This document shows, one piece after another, positions 8,683 to 16,985 of a stretch of DNA of 47,685 nt. The translations under genes were made by a program, and so were the position numbers. Location of the stretch: contig JAVJWO010000064.1 in assembly GCA_040222015.1 (NCBI GenBank), positions 1-47,685 on the forward strand. Reading direction: 5' to 3'. The stretch is from Coleofasciculus chthonoplastes F2-STO-03. Lineage in GTDB: Bacteria > Cyanobacteriota > Cyanobacteriia > Cyanobacteriales > Coleofasciculaceae. The notes under the pieces are model-generated. The model did not search any database. It was given only the letters and a program-made list of their open reading frames with translations, and had not been told where the DNA came from. How positions within the stretch are numbered: the first letter of the stretch is position 1; the number at the start of each line of letters is the position of its first letter.

Positions 8683-8910
8683 ATGAATGATATGTCCGTT
8701 AGTTCTATCTCATCGGTTGATACTCCAGTCATTGAGAGGACTGGCAGTAACGAGTCATCCGTTGACGATTCTCAGGCTCAGGTAGGTACTCTCCCATCTC
8801 TACTGCCTCGCTCAGCTTGGAATAGTCAGATAGCTTTCTTGAGAGTTGCTTTTAGAGCGAAGCAAGCTTTAGACCGAGTAGAGAAGGAAGCAGATATGTT
8901 GAGAAGTTAA
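8683..8910 (+). CDS. PlpY/PcpY-like splicease accessory protein
   Basis: LLPRSAWNSQIAFLRVAFRAKQALDRVEK matches the recalled PlpY/PcpY motif; small gene directly after the splicease. Confidence 0.8.
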   Translation: MNDMSVSSISSVDTPVIERTGSNESSVDDSQAQVGTLPSLLPRSAWNSQIAFLRVAFRAKQALDRVEKEADMLRS

Positions 8911-9363
8911 AGTTGATTAGCTGCAAAGACTACAGAAGTCTGTGGCTTTAGCTGGAAAGGTTTTTTCCACAAGCAAACTACCTCTACTTTTAGTTAAGTC
9001 CAGGAACTAGCGATCGCTCTTTTTTTCTCAAATTTAGTAGCGATCGCTTTTTAGCTGCATTTTTGAGCAGCACATGCAGCATTTCTGTTCGCCGTACTGC
9101 TCTGGATAGTCCAAAAGAGTCAATGATCTTGAAGAAATAATTAATTTAATTGTTGCTAGGAAAAGGCTTATATACTCTTTTAATTTGAATTAAGGGTATT
9201 GTTACTTTTCCTAAAAACAAAGAAATAAATACAATTGTTGTTTCTATAATTAAGTGATAAAAACCTTGAAATAATAGAGCAAATACCAGAACATGGTAAT
9301 GGGATGAGGCAATTCAAAGTCTAATCCCAACCGAAACAACTTTACTTAGGAGTACATTTCCAA

Positions 9364-9531
9364 ATGGCTAAGATTACAATCTCTGATCTGCATCCTGCTG
9401 AACTAAAATATGAAAAAATGTCTGACCTAGAACTGAAATCTGTCGTAGGAGGAAAAGCCCCAAAGTATAGCGTAAATCTTAAGTGGAGTCAAAAAGAGGG
9501 AGTTTCTGTTGGGTTGACTATCAAGTTTTGA
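9364..9531 (+). CDS. RiPP/bacteriocin precursor 4, 55 aa (leader ...MSDLELKSVVGG; core KAPKYSVNLKWSQKEGVSVGLTIKF)
   Basis: Below the ORF-track cutoff. AGGAG RBS, canonical double-Gly leader, same start (MAKITISDL) as 9977. Confidence 0.88.
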   Translation: MAKITISDLHPAELKYEKMSDLELKSVVGGKAPKYSVNLKWSQKEGVSVGLTIKF

Positions 9532-9647
9532 TAAAAACACAAGAGATAGTAGCACGAAAGAGAAACGTATCCTCTTAGGATTAGGAGGAAATCAGCCAGA
9601 AATTATCCTTAATTAACGCTTTGACGTTTTGGAAATCTTATTCTCTT

Positions 9648-9679
9648 TCAACCCAAGGTTTATCTTGGGTTGATTTTTT
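9648..9679 (+). terminator. Rho-independent terminator
   Basis: TCAACCCAAG-gtttat-CTTGGGTTGA followed by T6. Confidence 0.8.
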
Positions 9680-9976
9680 GTGATTCTTTTTAAGGGGGAG
9701 ATGAAGGAGGCAATTGAGGGTGAACAAAAGAGTAAAATGATTTAATTATTTTCTCAAATCATCCTAATTTTTTAGTTAATACACTCTTTTAATTAATTTG
9801 AGCTAAGGGTATCGTTACTTTCCCAAAAAACAAAGAAATAAATGTAATTATTCTTTCTATAATTAAGTGACAAAAACCTTGAAATAATAGAGCAAATACT
9901 AGAACATGGTAATGGGATGAGGCAATTTAAAGCCTGATTCCACCCAAAATAACTTTACTTAGGAAAACATTTCCAA

Positions 9977-10168
9977 ATGGCTAAGATTACAATTTCAGAC
10001 CTAGCTCATTCCCCGAATTCCGAAAGCTTTTTTACCAAGCTAAATGAGTTAACTGATCCAGACATGGCTTCGCTAATGGGTAATATCATCGGGGGCACCT
10101 GCACAACCACCACCACTTACCGCCGAAACGGTACCATCAAGAAGGAGGTTAAGGTATGTGACTGCTAG
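9977..10168 (+). CDS. RiPP precursor 5 (leader ...GNIIGG; Thr/Cys-rich core TCTTTTTYRRNGTIKKEVKVCDC)
   Basis: Double-Gly leader with SESFF motif; AGGA upstream. Confidence 0.88.
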   Translation: MAKITISDLAHSPNSESFFTKLNELTDPDMASLMGNIIGGTCTTTTTYRRNGTIKKEVKVCDC

Positions 10169-10216
10169 TAATTACCCTTAATTAACGCTTTGACGTTTTA
10201 GAACTCTTATTCTCTT

Positions 10217-10248
10217 TCAACCCAAGATAAACCTTGGGTTGATTTTTT
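10217..10248 (+). terminator. Rho-independent terminator
   Basis: TCAACCCAAG-ataaac-CTTGGGTTGA followed by T6. Confidence 0.8.
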
Positions 10249-10435
10249 ATGATTATTTTTAATTAAAGGAAACTATGAATGAGGCAATGGAGATACAAAA
10301 AAAAATAAAATACTAATAAAATCGTATTATGTTTTGGTATTAAGAAAATAAAAGCATTGAATTATGGGAAAAAATACCAGAACGAAGATGCTTTATAAGT
10401 CATAATAAAAATCCTCTGTAAGGACGTAGACCAGC

Positions 10436-10467
10436 AAAGCTATCTGATATTCATCAGATAGCTTTTT
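10436..10467. terminator. Hairpin between convergent genes, probable terminator
   Basis: 13-bp stem AAAGCTATCTGAT-attc-ATCAGATAGCTTT. Confidence 0.65.
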
Positions 10468-10508
10468 ATAGTGATTAAAAGATAGAGGCGTTGTTAGAGT
10501 TCCATAAC

Positions 10509-11264
10509 CTACGCCGCTTTGCTGTTTGATTCTATACTAGCAACAACTGTAGTTTTCTCAATTTGCTGCTTCCGCCACCCAGCAAATAAATCTGACAGAA
10601 TTTGATGGCGCAGCTTGTCATCCAACTCCGGCTCAATAATCTCCTCAACCAAAATTAGATGTACTCCCTTAGATGTCACTACTGGCTTAAGCACCTGCGG
10701 CGGTGTAGCCGCAAAAACAGCAGCAGAAATTTCCGGCTTCATATCCTTACGCTGTACCATCCCCCGATATCCCCCCTTTCGGCGTAACTCTGTATCCTGG
10801 ATATATTGATGAGCCACCTCATAGAAACTCATCTCGCCTTCTTGAATCGCATAGAAGAGTTCCATCGCCAAATCTTCATCATCCAGGACAACTTCATACA
10901 TAACAACCCCAGCATAATCCAACTGATGTTCAATAAAAAAGGGTTCAACTTTGTCCGCAAATAGATGGTGCGCCAACTTCCCAGAGATGACATTGTTGTA
11001 AATTAATTCTTCAAAATCATCTAGAGAAAGACCATTTTTTTGTAACCATGCCTTAGTTTCCTCCGCACTGTTAAGTTTGCTGATTAACCGTAGGCTGTCT
11101 GCTGCTTTCTGAAGTTCCTCTGTCTCCACTTTAATCCCTGCTTCCGCTGCAGCATCCGCAATAACCTTGCGAGTAACAATTTGCTCAACTATCTCAGGAA
11201 TCTGACACGATAGCTTAACTTGATGCAGAATATCCTCATGGGAAATCGTAATTGCTTGGGACAT
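10509..11264 (-). CDS. PpiC/parvulin-type peptidylprolyl isomerase of cyanobacterial peptide-export operons
   Basis: SurA-like helical N-terminus, FYEVAHQY..D...RRKGGYRG, GVHLILVE; follows HlyD. Confidence 0.88.
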   Translation of the reverse strand: MSQAITISHEDILHQVKLSCQIPEIVEQIVTRKVIADAAAEAGIKVETEELQKAADSLRLISKLNSAEETKAWLQKNGLSLDDFEELIYNNVISGKLAHHLFADKVEPFFIEHQLDYAGVVMYEVVLDDEDLAMELFYAIQEGEMSFYEVAHQYIQDTELRRKGGYRGMVQRKDMKPEISAAVFAATPPQVLKPVVTSKGVHLILVEEIIEPELDDKLRHQILSDLFAGWRKQQIEKTTVVASIESNSKAA

Positions 11265-11311
11265 GATATACTCCTCAATTCTAACGTTTTACGGGAAGTC
11301 TATAAACTATT

Positions 11312-11394
11312 GTAGAGACGCGCCATGGCGCGTCTGGGCGGGTTTAGTCACATCTTGGTGAAACCGAAAAGATAGTAGTAAAACCCGCCCCTAC
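11312..11394. repeat. Composite GTAG REP-like element
   Basis: GTAGAGACGCGCCATGGCGCGTCT fused to GGGCGGGTTT...AAACCCGCCCCTAC. Confidence 0.75.
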
Positions 11395-11524
11395 ATTACC
11401 AATATTCCATGCGCCACATACCGTAAAAACTAGGCTCCTCAATTAGGTTATTGATTGTCTATTTCAACCAGCCAATGTAAATCGGTTAATTTTCCGGTAA
11501 ACCCGAATCCATAGCCTCAAAACT

Positions 11525-13093
11525 CTAAAGTTCAAACCCCCCTTTTTGCAACTTCTTAAACGGGTCAAGAATAAAATCAATGATCCGACGCTGGCGGATA
11601 ATCACCTCAGCCGTTGCTGTCTGTCCAGCCGCCAAATCTATACAACCTTGTGAACTTTTAATACAAGTCTGTTTCAACTCAATTTCCAAGTCAAACGTCG
11701 CTATCTGTCCCTGCTCAGTTTCCGTCACCTTAGACGTAGGTGAAATCTGACTTACCGTTCCTTCAACTACTCCGTAATCTTGGAACGGATAAGCATCAAA
11801 CTTCATCTTGACCGGCATTCCTTTACGCAGCGTTCCACTTTCAGATGTCGCCATCTGCGCCCGCAGGATAAGGGAAGCATTCTTGGGTGCAATCTCAGCA
11901 ATTAATGTACTCGGTTGTACTACCGCCCCAGTGCGTTGAATCGGTAACTGAAAAATCGTCCCACTTACAGGAGCGCGTAACACTCGTTGTCCTAACTGAA
12001 ATTCCCAAGCTTGAATCTGACTTTTACTCTGAGAAATTTCGGCTTTAAGCGTCGTAATTTGGGTTTGCAGTTCTTTGATCTGTTCTTCACTTTTAAGCAT
12101 AGCAATATCCCCCGAATGAATCAAACTTTGATAGCTTTTTTCCTGCTCTTGTAAGCGAAGTTTGCCTTGCTCGATATCAGACTGAGCTTGATGAATAATC
12201 CTCTGATAGCTACTTTGTTGCTCTTCCTTCCGTAGCTTAGATTGCTGCACATCTGACTCCGCTTGTTCCTGTAACCGTTGCCGTTCTTGAGCCAAATCTT
12301 CCTGTTCAACTACCTTAATTTCCGGAACCACACCTTGCTCCTGAATTTGACGGTAACGTTGGACTTCTCGTTGTGCCTTAGCTAAACGAATTTCTGCTAA
12401 ATTCAAGGCAGTTTTGCTATATTCAAGGTTTTTCTCTGCCTGATTGACTTGAGCCAGTTTCTCCTCCTTTTGTAAGTTGTAAGAATTCCTGAGAGACTCC
12501 AAATTCTGCCGTGCTTGCTCCACTTGAGCCTGTTTTTCCAATGCTTGAGCCTGATTCTGTTGTTGTTGAGCGCGAACTCCCAGAAGTAATTGGTTTTTCA
12601 TCAATTCCAACTGCGCCAGCCGATTTTGTTGCCCTTCCAATCTCGTCTGAGCTTGCTGGAGTTCGCTCTTAATCTCCTCGGATTCCAGTTCTAGTAACGG
12701 CTGTTTGTTGGTAACGAATTGACCTTCCTTAACTAAAACCTTGGCTACTGTCCCCGCCACGGGTGCATCGACTTTAAACACATTTCCCTGGGGCTCAAGT
12801 CGCCCTCTAGCACTCCCAGTTTCATCTACCTTAGATAACATTGCCCAGGGTAAGATAACGCCAGCAAACACGACTAAGAAATACAATAACCCCCGCGTCC
12901 AAACTCGCGGTACAGTATCAATCAGTTCCTTAGTCAACGATGACCAATCTTCACTAATCAGTTCCGATGAATTTACCTGATTGGGTAGTGCTGTTTGAGC
13001 CGGATTATTAGTCATAATCGCTTCAGACAGTTCTTTCTCACCACTATAGTGACCATTCCGACTCCCTGGTTCCTGTGTCGATAGGTTTGGCAT
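11525..13093 (-). CDS. HlyD-family membrane fusion protein
   Basis: N-terminal TM helix, lipoyl half-motifs (DAPVAGTV..VLVKEG; RAPVSGTI), long coiled coil, DAYPFQDYG. Start may be 13093 or 13126. Confidence 0.93.
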   Translation of the reverse strand: MPNLSTQEPGSRNGHYSGEKELSEAIMTNNPAQTALPNQVNSSELISEDWSSLTKELIDTVPRVWTRGLLYFLVVFAGVILPWAMLSKVDETGSARGRLEPQGNVFKVDAPVAGTVAKVLVKEGQFVTNKQPLLELESEEIKSELQQAQTRLEGQQNRLAQLELMKNQLLLGVRAQQQQNQAQALEKQAQVEQARQNLESLRNSYNLQKEEKLAQVNQAEKNLEYSKTALNLAEIRLAKAQREVQRYRQIQEQGVVPEIKVVEQEDLAQERQRLQEQAESDVQQSKLRKEEQQSSYQRIIHQAQSDIEQGKLRLQEQEKSYQSLIHSGDIAMLKSEEQIKELQTQITTLKAEISQSKSQIQAWEFQLGQRVLRAPVSGTIFQLPIQRTGAVVQPSTLIAEIAPKNASLILRAQMATSESGTLRKGMPVKMKFDAYPFQDYGVVEGTVSQISPTSKVTETEQGQIATFDLEIELKQTCIKSSQGCIDLAAGQTATAEVIIRQRRIIDFILDPFKKLQKGGFEL

Positions 13094-13173
13094 TTTATTC
13101 TTGATTGTTAATTGTTCATTGTTCATTGGAATTTATAAGGAAAAGCCATCAGCTAACTGTGGGATAGATTTGT

Positions 13174-13236
13174 TTTGTAGTGAGGGCTTTAGCCCTCTCC
13201 AGTTATGCGTTAAAGCACTAAAGTGCTTACTACAAA
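13174..13236. repeat. GTAGT-type REP-like doublet
   Basis: TTTGTAGTGAGGGCTTTAGCCCTC...GCACTAAAGTGCTTACTACAAA; related halves at 34584-34608 and 41401-41425. Confidence 0.7.
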
Positions 13237-13365
13237 CAAAGCACTATTTTAGCTGTGCCACGCCACTACAAAGGTGATATGCTTCCTTTCTAATTAAAAT
13301 GTCAGCGTTCAAAATGACAAAGTACACTAGACAGTCTCTAATTTCCATTAGCGTTAACCGTTAAT

Positions 13366-16119
13366 TCAACCCGTCATCGTAAATTGCTGCTGATTGAGGT
13401 AGAAATACTGACCCCGTTTTGCCATTAATTCATCGTGAGTTCCACTTTCTACCAAAACCCCTCTATCCAACACCAAAATTCGGTCAGCATTGCGGACAGT
13501 TGACAGGCGATGAGCAATCACTAATGTTGTCCGATTCGTCAGAATCGTATTCAGATTAGTTTGAATAATCCGTTCCGATTCAGCATCAAGATTACTCGTC
13601 GCTTCATCTAAAATCAACAATCGCGGATTTCCTAATAAAGCACGAGCAATCGCCAGACGCTGTCGTTGTCCCCCCGAAAGCATTCCTCCCCCTTCACCAA
13701 TTTGGGTTTCATAACCCATGGGCAATTCTTTAATAAACTGATGCGCTCCCGCCTGTTTCGCCGCTTCAATCACATCATCTAACGTAGCTTCGGGATGACC
13801 CACCGTAATATTCTCCCGAATTGTACCCCCAAATAGAAACGTATCCTGGTCAACCACACCAATTTGCTGACGGAGCGATCGCAACGATAAACTGGTAACA
13901 TCATAGCCATCAATGAGAATCTTGCCTTCAGTCGCAGGATAAAGTCCCAAAACCAGCTTAGAAATCGTCGTTTTCCCCGAACCACTACGCCCAACCAGCG
14001 CCACCATTTGCCCTGGCTGCACCTCAAAACTAAGATTTTCTAGCGTATTCAGATCACTTTCTGGGTGGTAACGAAACGTGACTTGCTCAAACCGAATATG
14101 TCCGCGAATCGGGGGTAAAAATTGACGAGATGACGAGTGTAAATCTTCCTCCGGTTCAGCGTCAATCACATCATTAATCCGCTCCACCGCAATCACTACT
14201 TCCTGCAAATCATTCCACAACACAATCAGCCGCTGGAAAGGACGAATCACATTCCCCAGCAACATATTAAACGCGACTAATTGCCCAATCGTGAGTTCAT
14301 TTTGAATCACCAGCCACGCCCCAAACCAGAGTAATGCCGTCGTGACGACTGCTTCAATAGTTAAGCTAAATGTTTGCAGCGTATTACCAATCACCTGCCC
14401 AGAAAAGGACGTTTTAATCGACTTGCCAAGCAAATCCTCCCAATGCCAGCGCACCGTCTGCTCAACCGCCATAGATTTCACAGTACGAATACCTGTCAGG
14501 GATTGGATTAAGTAGCCCGTTTCCTCCGTATAAGCCCCAAAAATCTCACGGGAAACTCGCTGTAAAAAGGGTGTCGCAATTAACGCCAATAACACAAAAG
14601 GTGGTACAATAACTAACGTTAGCAGCGCCATCTTCCAACTGTACCAAAGCATCAACCCGACATAGATGAACACCGTCAGTAAATCCAGCAGAATGGATAG
14701 GGCTTCACCCGTAAGAAAACGCTGAATCTTGCGATTTTCCTGGACACGGGAAATGATGTCTCCCACATAACGAGACTCAAAGAAACTCAAGGGAAGCCGG
14801 AAGGTATGGCTAATAAAACCGACAATCAGCGCTAAATCGACTCGGTTGGCGGTATGATCCAGAAGGTACTGCCGCAAGCTAGTCATCGCGACTCGAAACA
14901 AGCCAAAGATGAGTAACCCTAACCCGACAGCGGTTAACGTCAACGTGCTGCGCTGTACAACCACCCGATCTAACAGCAATTGAGTAAATAGTGGCGTAAT
15001 CAGTCCAAAAATCTGAATCAAAACCGAAGCAATCAACACCTCCAGCAATACCAGTTGGTGGGGTTTCACCAGCTCAAAGAATTGCCAGAAGGGGGTGCTA
15101 GCTGCTTGAGCCTGTTTGAGCAGGGCTGTAGGTTGGAGTAATAAGGTATAGCCTGTCCAATCCGCTTTAAATTGGGCATAAGTTAGGCTGCGCTGACCAA
15201 TAGCCGGATCAGCCACAATCACGCGATCGCGAGTCACCTCATAAACGACAATATAGTGCTTCCCTTGCCAATGGACAATCGCAGGTAACCGTTGTTCAGC
15301 CAGTTTATTCAGACTGGCTTTTACCGGACGAGTCGTAAACCCAATACTCTCAGCAGCGGCGGCTAACCCGCGCAGTGACGCCCCATTGCGGTCAACATTG
15401 GCAATATCCCGCAGGCGATTCACACTAAACCGCTTCCCCCAATAGCGCCCCACCATCACCAGACAAGCAGCACCGCAATCCGAGGCACTTTGCTGGGCAA
15501 AGAAGGGATAGCGTCGGGTGATTCGCCCCCACCACTGACCTACTTTTACGGTAGGGTTGGGGAAGTACGCTCGACTTATCTGGGACTGGGGTTTTTGTTC
15601 CTCAGGCGGTTGAGACATGACAACTGTCTCAGACTGACTGGGAAATGCTGTAACCGAGGGGTTGTCCGTTGATTGGCTAGTGTTTGCCCCCCTCACCTGT
15701 GAATCTCGGCGTACTGCGGATGAGTACAAATGCTCTTTTATCGAAGGATACTGGCGAATGAGCGATCGCAAAACATCACCGGGAATATAGCAAAGCCTCA
15801 ACTTAACGGAAGCTCTAGCCGCATAGGGGTGAAATTCCTCCTCTGGAAACAGAGTGAGTTCACCAAATGATGCCCCTGTCTCTAGTGACGTGATTAAATC
15901 ATCTGTACTATTGAGCAGTCTGACTTTACCCGCCAAGATAATATAGAGTCCCACCGTCGCCTCTGCTGTCTCCCAGAACCGTTTACCTGGGGTTGGCTCT
16001 AGAATTTGAATCTGCTGAAAACAGTTTGAGAGTTCCCTATCTGAAAGAGCCTGTCCCAAGGTTTGGGCAAGTTGTTGACCAAGCTGTTGCTGGGAAAAAG
16101 TTGATGACTTCTGAACCAT
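13366..16119 (-). CDS. Peptidase-containing ABC transporter (cNMP-binding + C39 peptidase + TMD + NBD)
   Basis: LYIILAGKVRL/FGE cNMP-like domain; QQSASDCGAACL with intact catalytic Cys, HYIVV, ADPA; GRSGSGKT, LSGGQRQR, ILDEATS. Confidence 0.95.
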   Translation of the reverse strand: MVQKSSTFSQQQLGQQLAQTLGQALSDRELSNCFQQIQILEPTPGKRFWETAEATVGLYIILAGKVRLLNSTDDLITSLETGASFGELTLFPEEEFHPYAARASVKLRLCYIPGDVLRSLIRQYPSIKEHLYSSAVRRDSQVRGANTSQSTDNPSVTAFPSQSETVVMSQPPEEQKPQSQISRAYFPNPTVKVGQWWGRITRRYPFFAQQSASDCGAACLVMVGRYWGKRFSVNRLRDIANVDRNGASLRGLAAAAESIGFTTRPVKASLNKLAEQRLPAIVHWQGKHYIVVYEVTRDRVIVADPAIGQRSLTYAQFKADWTGYTLLLQPTALLKQAQAASTPFWQFFELVKPHQLVLLEVLIASVLIQIFGLITPLFTQLLLDRVVVQRSTLTLTAVGLGLLIFGLFRVAMTSLRQYLLDHTANRVDLALIVGFISHTFRLPLSFFESRYVGDIISRVQENRKIQRFLTGEALSILLDLLTVFIYVGLMLWYSWKMALLTLVIVPPFVLLALIATPFLQRVSREIFGAYTEETGYLIQSLTGIRTVKSMAVEQTVRWHWEDLLGKSIKTSFSGQVIGNTLQTFSLTIEAVVTTALLWFGAWLVIQNELTIGQLVAFNMLLGNVIRPFQRLIVLWNDLQEVVIAVERINDVIDAEPEEDLHSSSRQFLPPIRGHIRFEQVTFRYHPESDLNTLENLSFEVQPGQMVALVGRSGSGKTTISKLVLGLYPATEGKILIDGYDVTSLSLRSLRQQIGVVDQDTFLFGGTIRENITVGHPEATLDDVIEAAKQAGAHQFIKELPMGYETQIGEGGGMLSGGQRQRLAIARALLGNPRLLILDEATSNLDAESERIIQTNLNTILTNRTTLVIAHRLSTVRNADRILVLDRGVLVESGTHDELMAKRGQYFYLNQQQFTMTG

Positions 16120-16122
16120 GAG

Positions 16123-16695
16123 TTAGTTACTGGTCTTGATAAAATTGAGTGACCACGGGAGTTCGGACTCGCAAGCAGATTGCAAGTCCCCAATTCTGAT
16201 GCGAGAGCCTTGAGGGGTTTCCAACTCCGTTACCTCTGGTGCTGAATCAGATTTGGGTCGAGTGGAGAGTCCCATCTTCTTGAGCAAAAGGTTAACATTG
16301 CGATCGCTCACCTCAATCCCTAACTCTTTCGCCAGATGCTTACTTAACCATTGCCCGGTCCATCGCCCAAAGGAATAGCCATAATCACGAGGACTATGGC
16401 TCACCAGTTCTTTCAACCGCTCTAAATACTGATCATTCACCGTCTTCGGGCGACCAATCCGACTCTCTTGCCATTGGTGTGCCATTCCCGCACGGGCGAC
16501 GTGTATCCAATGCCGTGCGGTTGCTGGACAACACCCCAAGGTTTGACAAATTTTGGCTTGAGATATCCCTTCATCTGCCAGCAACATGATTTCAATCCGC
16601 TGGCGGTACTTTTCCGGTAAATCCTCTTGCAGACTTTTTTGCAGCAGTTTGCGCTGAAACGGTGTTAGATGCTGACCCGATGTTTTCACCGTCAT
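16123..16695 (-). CDS. HTH protein resembling the IS630-type transposase DNA-binding region (no DDE domain)
   Basis: RQRIEIMLLADEG..QAKICQTLGC, GRP, P.DYGY..GRWT..WL..HL; ends 3 nt before the ABC start, so probably cotranscribed. Confidence 0.8.
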   Translation of the reverse strand: MTVKTSGQHLTPFQRKLLQKSLQEDLPEKYRQRIEIMLLADEGISQAKICQTLGCCPATARHWIHVARAGMAHQWQESRIGRPKTVNDQYLERLKELVSHSPRDYGYSFGRWTGQWLSKHLAKELGIEVSDRNVNLLLKKMGLSTRPKSDSAPEVTELETPQGSRIRIGDLQSACESELPWSLNFIKTSN

Positions 16696-16790
16696 CTCTC
16701 CTTCTGAAATTTCAGTTATGGCGAATCACTGAGCGTCAACCATCAAGGTGATGATTTCCCCTTGCCGATACAGTCACAAGTTGGTTTTAT

Positions 16791-16828
16791 TTGTCACAAT
16801 AGTGACTTATAAGTCACTATTGTGACAA
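16791..16828. promoter_or_regulatory. Perfect 38-bp palindrome in the divergent promoter region
   Basis: TTGTCACAATAGTGACTTA|TAAGTCACTATTGTGACAA; extra AGTCACA copies near 16772, 16921 and 16947. Confidence 0.7.
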
Positions 16829-16985
16829 TTATTTCGCTAGTTGTCAATCTAGTTGCGGCAATAGACGAATACCCCTAAAGACATAGGAAAGTATGTCGGC
16901 TAGAATTGTGGAGAATTAAAAGTCACAGCCAACTCGCTTGAGTAACAGTCACAAGTGTGGATGAGCTAGCCAGCGATGAATCAGA

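Larger units (their letters stand above)
9170..10262 (+). repeat. Tandem duplicated precursor cassette (about 9170-9690 and 9780-10262)
   Basis: About 200 bp upstream plus the first 9 codons, and about 90 bp downstream, are near-identical between the copies. Confidence 0.9.

Noticed and set aside
16123..16695. Active IS630 insertion sequence
   Set aside because: No DDE catalytic ORF, terminal inverted repeats or target duplication seen; the gene is tightly joined to the ABC operon.
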